The notes under the pieces: model-generated
The model's input: only the letters and a program-made list of their open reading frames with translations
Databases searched by the model: none
What the model was told of the DNA's origin: nothing
In this document: positions 61,940 through 64,000 of the stretch, in pieces
Layout: every line of letters starts with the position of its first letter
Numbering within the stretch: the stretch's first letter is position 1
NCBI RefSeq assembly: GCF_009914755.1
Contig: NC_060936.1
Source: the human T2T-CHM13v2.0 reference genome, Homo sapiens
Direction: 5' to 3' (one strand)
Length of the DNA stretch: 64,000 bases
Translations under genes and position numbers: made by a program

Positions 61940-62140
61940 TTGAGAAAGCAAGGGACTTAGAACTTGAATTCAAATCCTCACTATCTCTGAGGGCCTGAGC
62001 ATGCTACCCTAGTTTCCTCATCTGGGAAACAGAAGTTAACACTATTACATCATCTTATCAAGTTATTGGGAGACTTAAATGAGAGAGTACATGTTAAACA
62101 TCAGTCCAGCACCTGGCACAGAGTAACAGCAATAGATGTT
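61940..62140 (+). mobile_element. MIR fragment
   Basis: ttcaaatcct...agtttcctcatctgggaaa...gcacctggcacagagtaa. Confidence 0.7.
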
Positions 62141-62354
62141 AGACAGTCTTCTCCATGGGGAAAATAGGACTTGAGATGGGAACAATTCAGCCAGGCTAAA
62201 TGGAGTAAATGATGTACAAATATACAGAAGTAAGAATTTAAAATGCTTTCTTTAAGAATCATCAAATATATTCAGGGTGAGTATCAAAACTTTATAGCCT
62301 AAATTTCTAATTTAAAAAAATTATCCAACAAATGATTTTGTCAAAGAAAACTCC

Positions 62355-63000
62355 AACAGCAGATGTTGGCGAGGATGTGGAAAAAAAGGAATGCTTATAC
62401 ACCATTGGTGGGAACTTAAATTAAGACAGTCTCTATGGAAAACAGTATGAAGATTCCTCAAAGAACTAAAAATAGAACACCATTCCATCTAGCAATCCCA
62501 CTACTGGGTATCTACCCAAAGGAAAGGAAACTATTATATCAAAAAAATACCTGCATTCATATATTTATCACAGCACTATTCACCATAGCAAAGTCATGGA
62601 ATCAACCTAAGTGTCCATCAACAGATGACTAGATAAAGAAAATGTAGTGTAGATGTATACCACGGAATACTATGTCACCATAACAAATAATAAAATCATG
62701 TCTTTTGCAGCAACGTGGGTAGAGCTGAAGGTCTATATGAAATGACTCAGAAACAGAACATCAAAACCTGAATGTTCTTACTCATAAGTGGGAGCTAAAC
62801 AACGGGTACACGTGGACATAGAGAGTGAAATAATAGACACTGGAGACTCCAAAGAAGGGGAAGGTGGGAGGGGGCAAGGGATGAAACACTATCCAATGGG
62901 TACAACGTTTACTATTTTAAAAGCCCAAACTTCACCACTATGTATTATATTTGTGTAACACAACTGGACTTGTACCTCCTAAATCTATAAAAATAAAAAA
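62355..63000 (+). mobile_element. L1PB/L1MA 3' fragment
   Basis: ORF 62435..62632 resembles the ORF2 C-terminus ([11 protein letters not shown]...WNQPKCPS); 3'UTR and A tail. Confidence 0.88.
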
Positions 63001-63225
63001 TTAAATGAAATTAAAAGTCCAGGCATAGGCAAACTGCTGCATATATTAGTAAGATATGTTAAGGATGCTTTTTGGCTCTTCTAGTCTGGAAATTCAATTA
63101 CCTGATCATGGTTAGAACAAATGACAGTGAATTTTGCATTAATAAATATAAAACCACTTGAACTGGACTAGTTTAATGAAGCAATGATGCATGCCTATTT
63201 AAACTGTACATTAGATTTTAATAAA

Positions 63226-63476
63226 CTTTTTTCTGAGACAGAGTCTCACTCAGTCACCCAGGCTGCAGTGCAGTTGTACAATCTCCACTTCCCAGGCTCA
63301 AGTGATTCTAGTGCCTCAGCCTCCCAAGTAGCTGGGATTACAGGTATGCACCACCACGCCCAGCTAATTTTTGTATTTTTAGTAGAGACGTGGTTTTGCT
63401 ATGCCAGCCAGGCTGGTCTTGAACTCCTGGCCTCCCAAAGTGTTGGGATTACAGGCATGAGCCACCGCACCCAGCC
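63226..63476 (-). mobile_element. Degenerate Alu with deletions
   Basis: tgagacagagtctcactc...ggcatgagccaccgcacccagcc. Confidence 0.88.
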
Positions 63477-64000
63477 TCATACACTTTTTTCAATGATGCT
63501 ATATTTCACAATAAAACATTTTTAAATGAAACATATGTATCATTGATGTTGATTTTATTCATTGACGTTTTTCATCTTTATCCAAGGGATCTGGTTCTTT
63601 CAGGCATTATTTCTCCAAGTTTGTGTTATTTCAAACAAAATAACCAAAGTTAGGCAATACACTTACTACAAACTTACTCTGGGATCATCAGTTGGTATAA
63701 GCTATACAATCTGCAGACACTGCTTTTGGCTAGGACCTGCTGGGGACCAAAAGGATGTGGAAGAAAAACCTTGGTCTCTTGAAACACAAGAGCTGACATT
63801 CGGACAAGGAGAGACCATACCAGGTAACACCAGTATAGGAACGTCAGGCTGTGCAGATTAAGATGAGGTAAGGAGTCCAGAGAAGGAAAAAACCAGCACA
63901 GACTGGGATTAGCCAGAGGAAACTAAAAGACAAAAGCCTAAGAAATAATATAGAATGTTCTTAGCAAGAGATTGACATAATAAAAGCAATATATTTGCAG

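Overview
This is human (primate) genomic DNA carrying most of SLC38A1 (SNAT1, system A glutamine/neutral amino-acid transporter) on the minus strand. I read 14 coding exons base by base, from 61200 down to the TGA at 20566. All introns are GT-AG with consistent phases, and the 1342 coding nt cover about residue 41 to the C-terminal ...SSSSDEGH*. The first coding exon and promoter lie beyond the right edge. A ~5.9 kb 3'UTR runs to a predicted poly(A) site near 14660. The rest is intergenic or intronic DNA dense in transposons: Tigger1, Alus, L1s, L2/MIR, MER5, and THE1, MLT2A and LTR8 solo LTRs. The most striking structure is in the last intron, where a full-length sense-oriented L1PA has split a THE1 LTR. 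The orphaned 32-bp LTR end supplies both the stop codon and the AATAAA of an alternative terminal exon that swaps the last transmembrane helix and drops the long 3'UTR. A second candidate C-terminus arises from donor read-through at 29315. No prokaryotic-type or wholly new gene system is supported. Nearly all ORFs in the supplied track are repeat-derived or chance. Repeat subfamily names are from remembered consensus sequences, not from a search.
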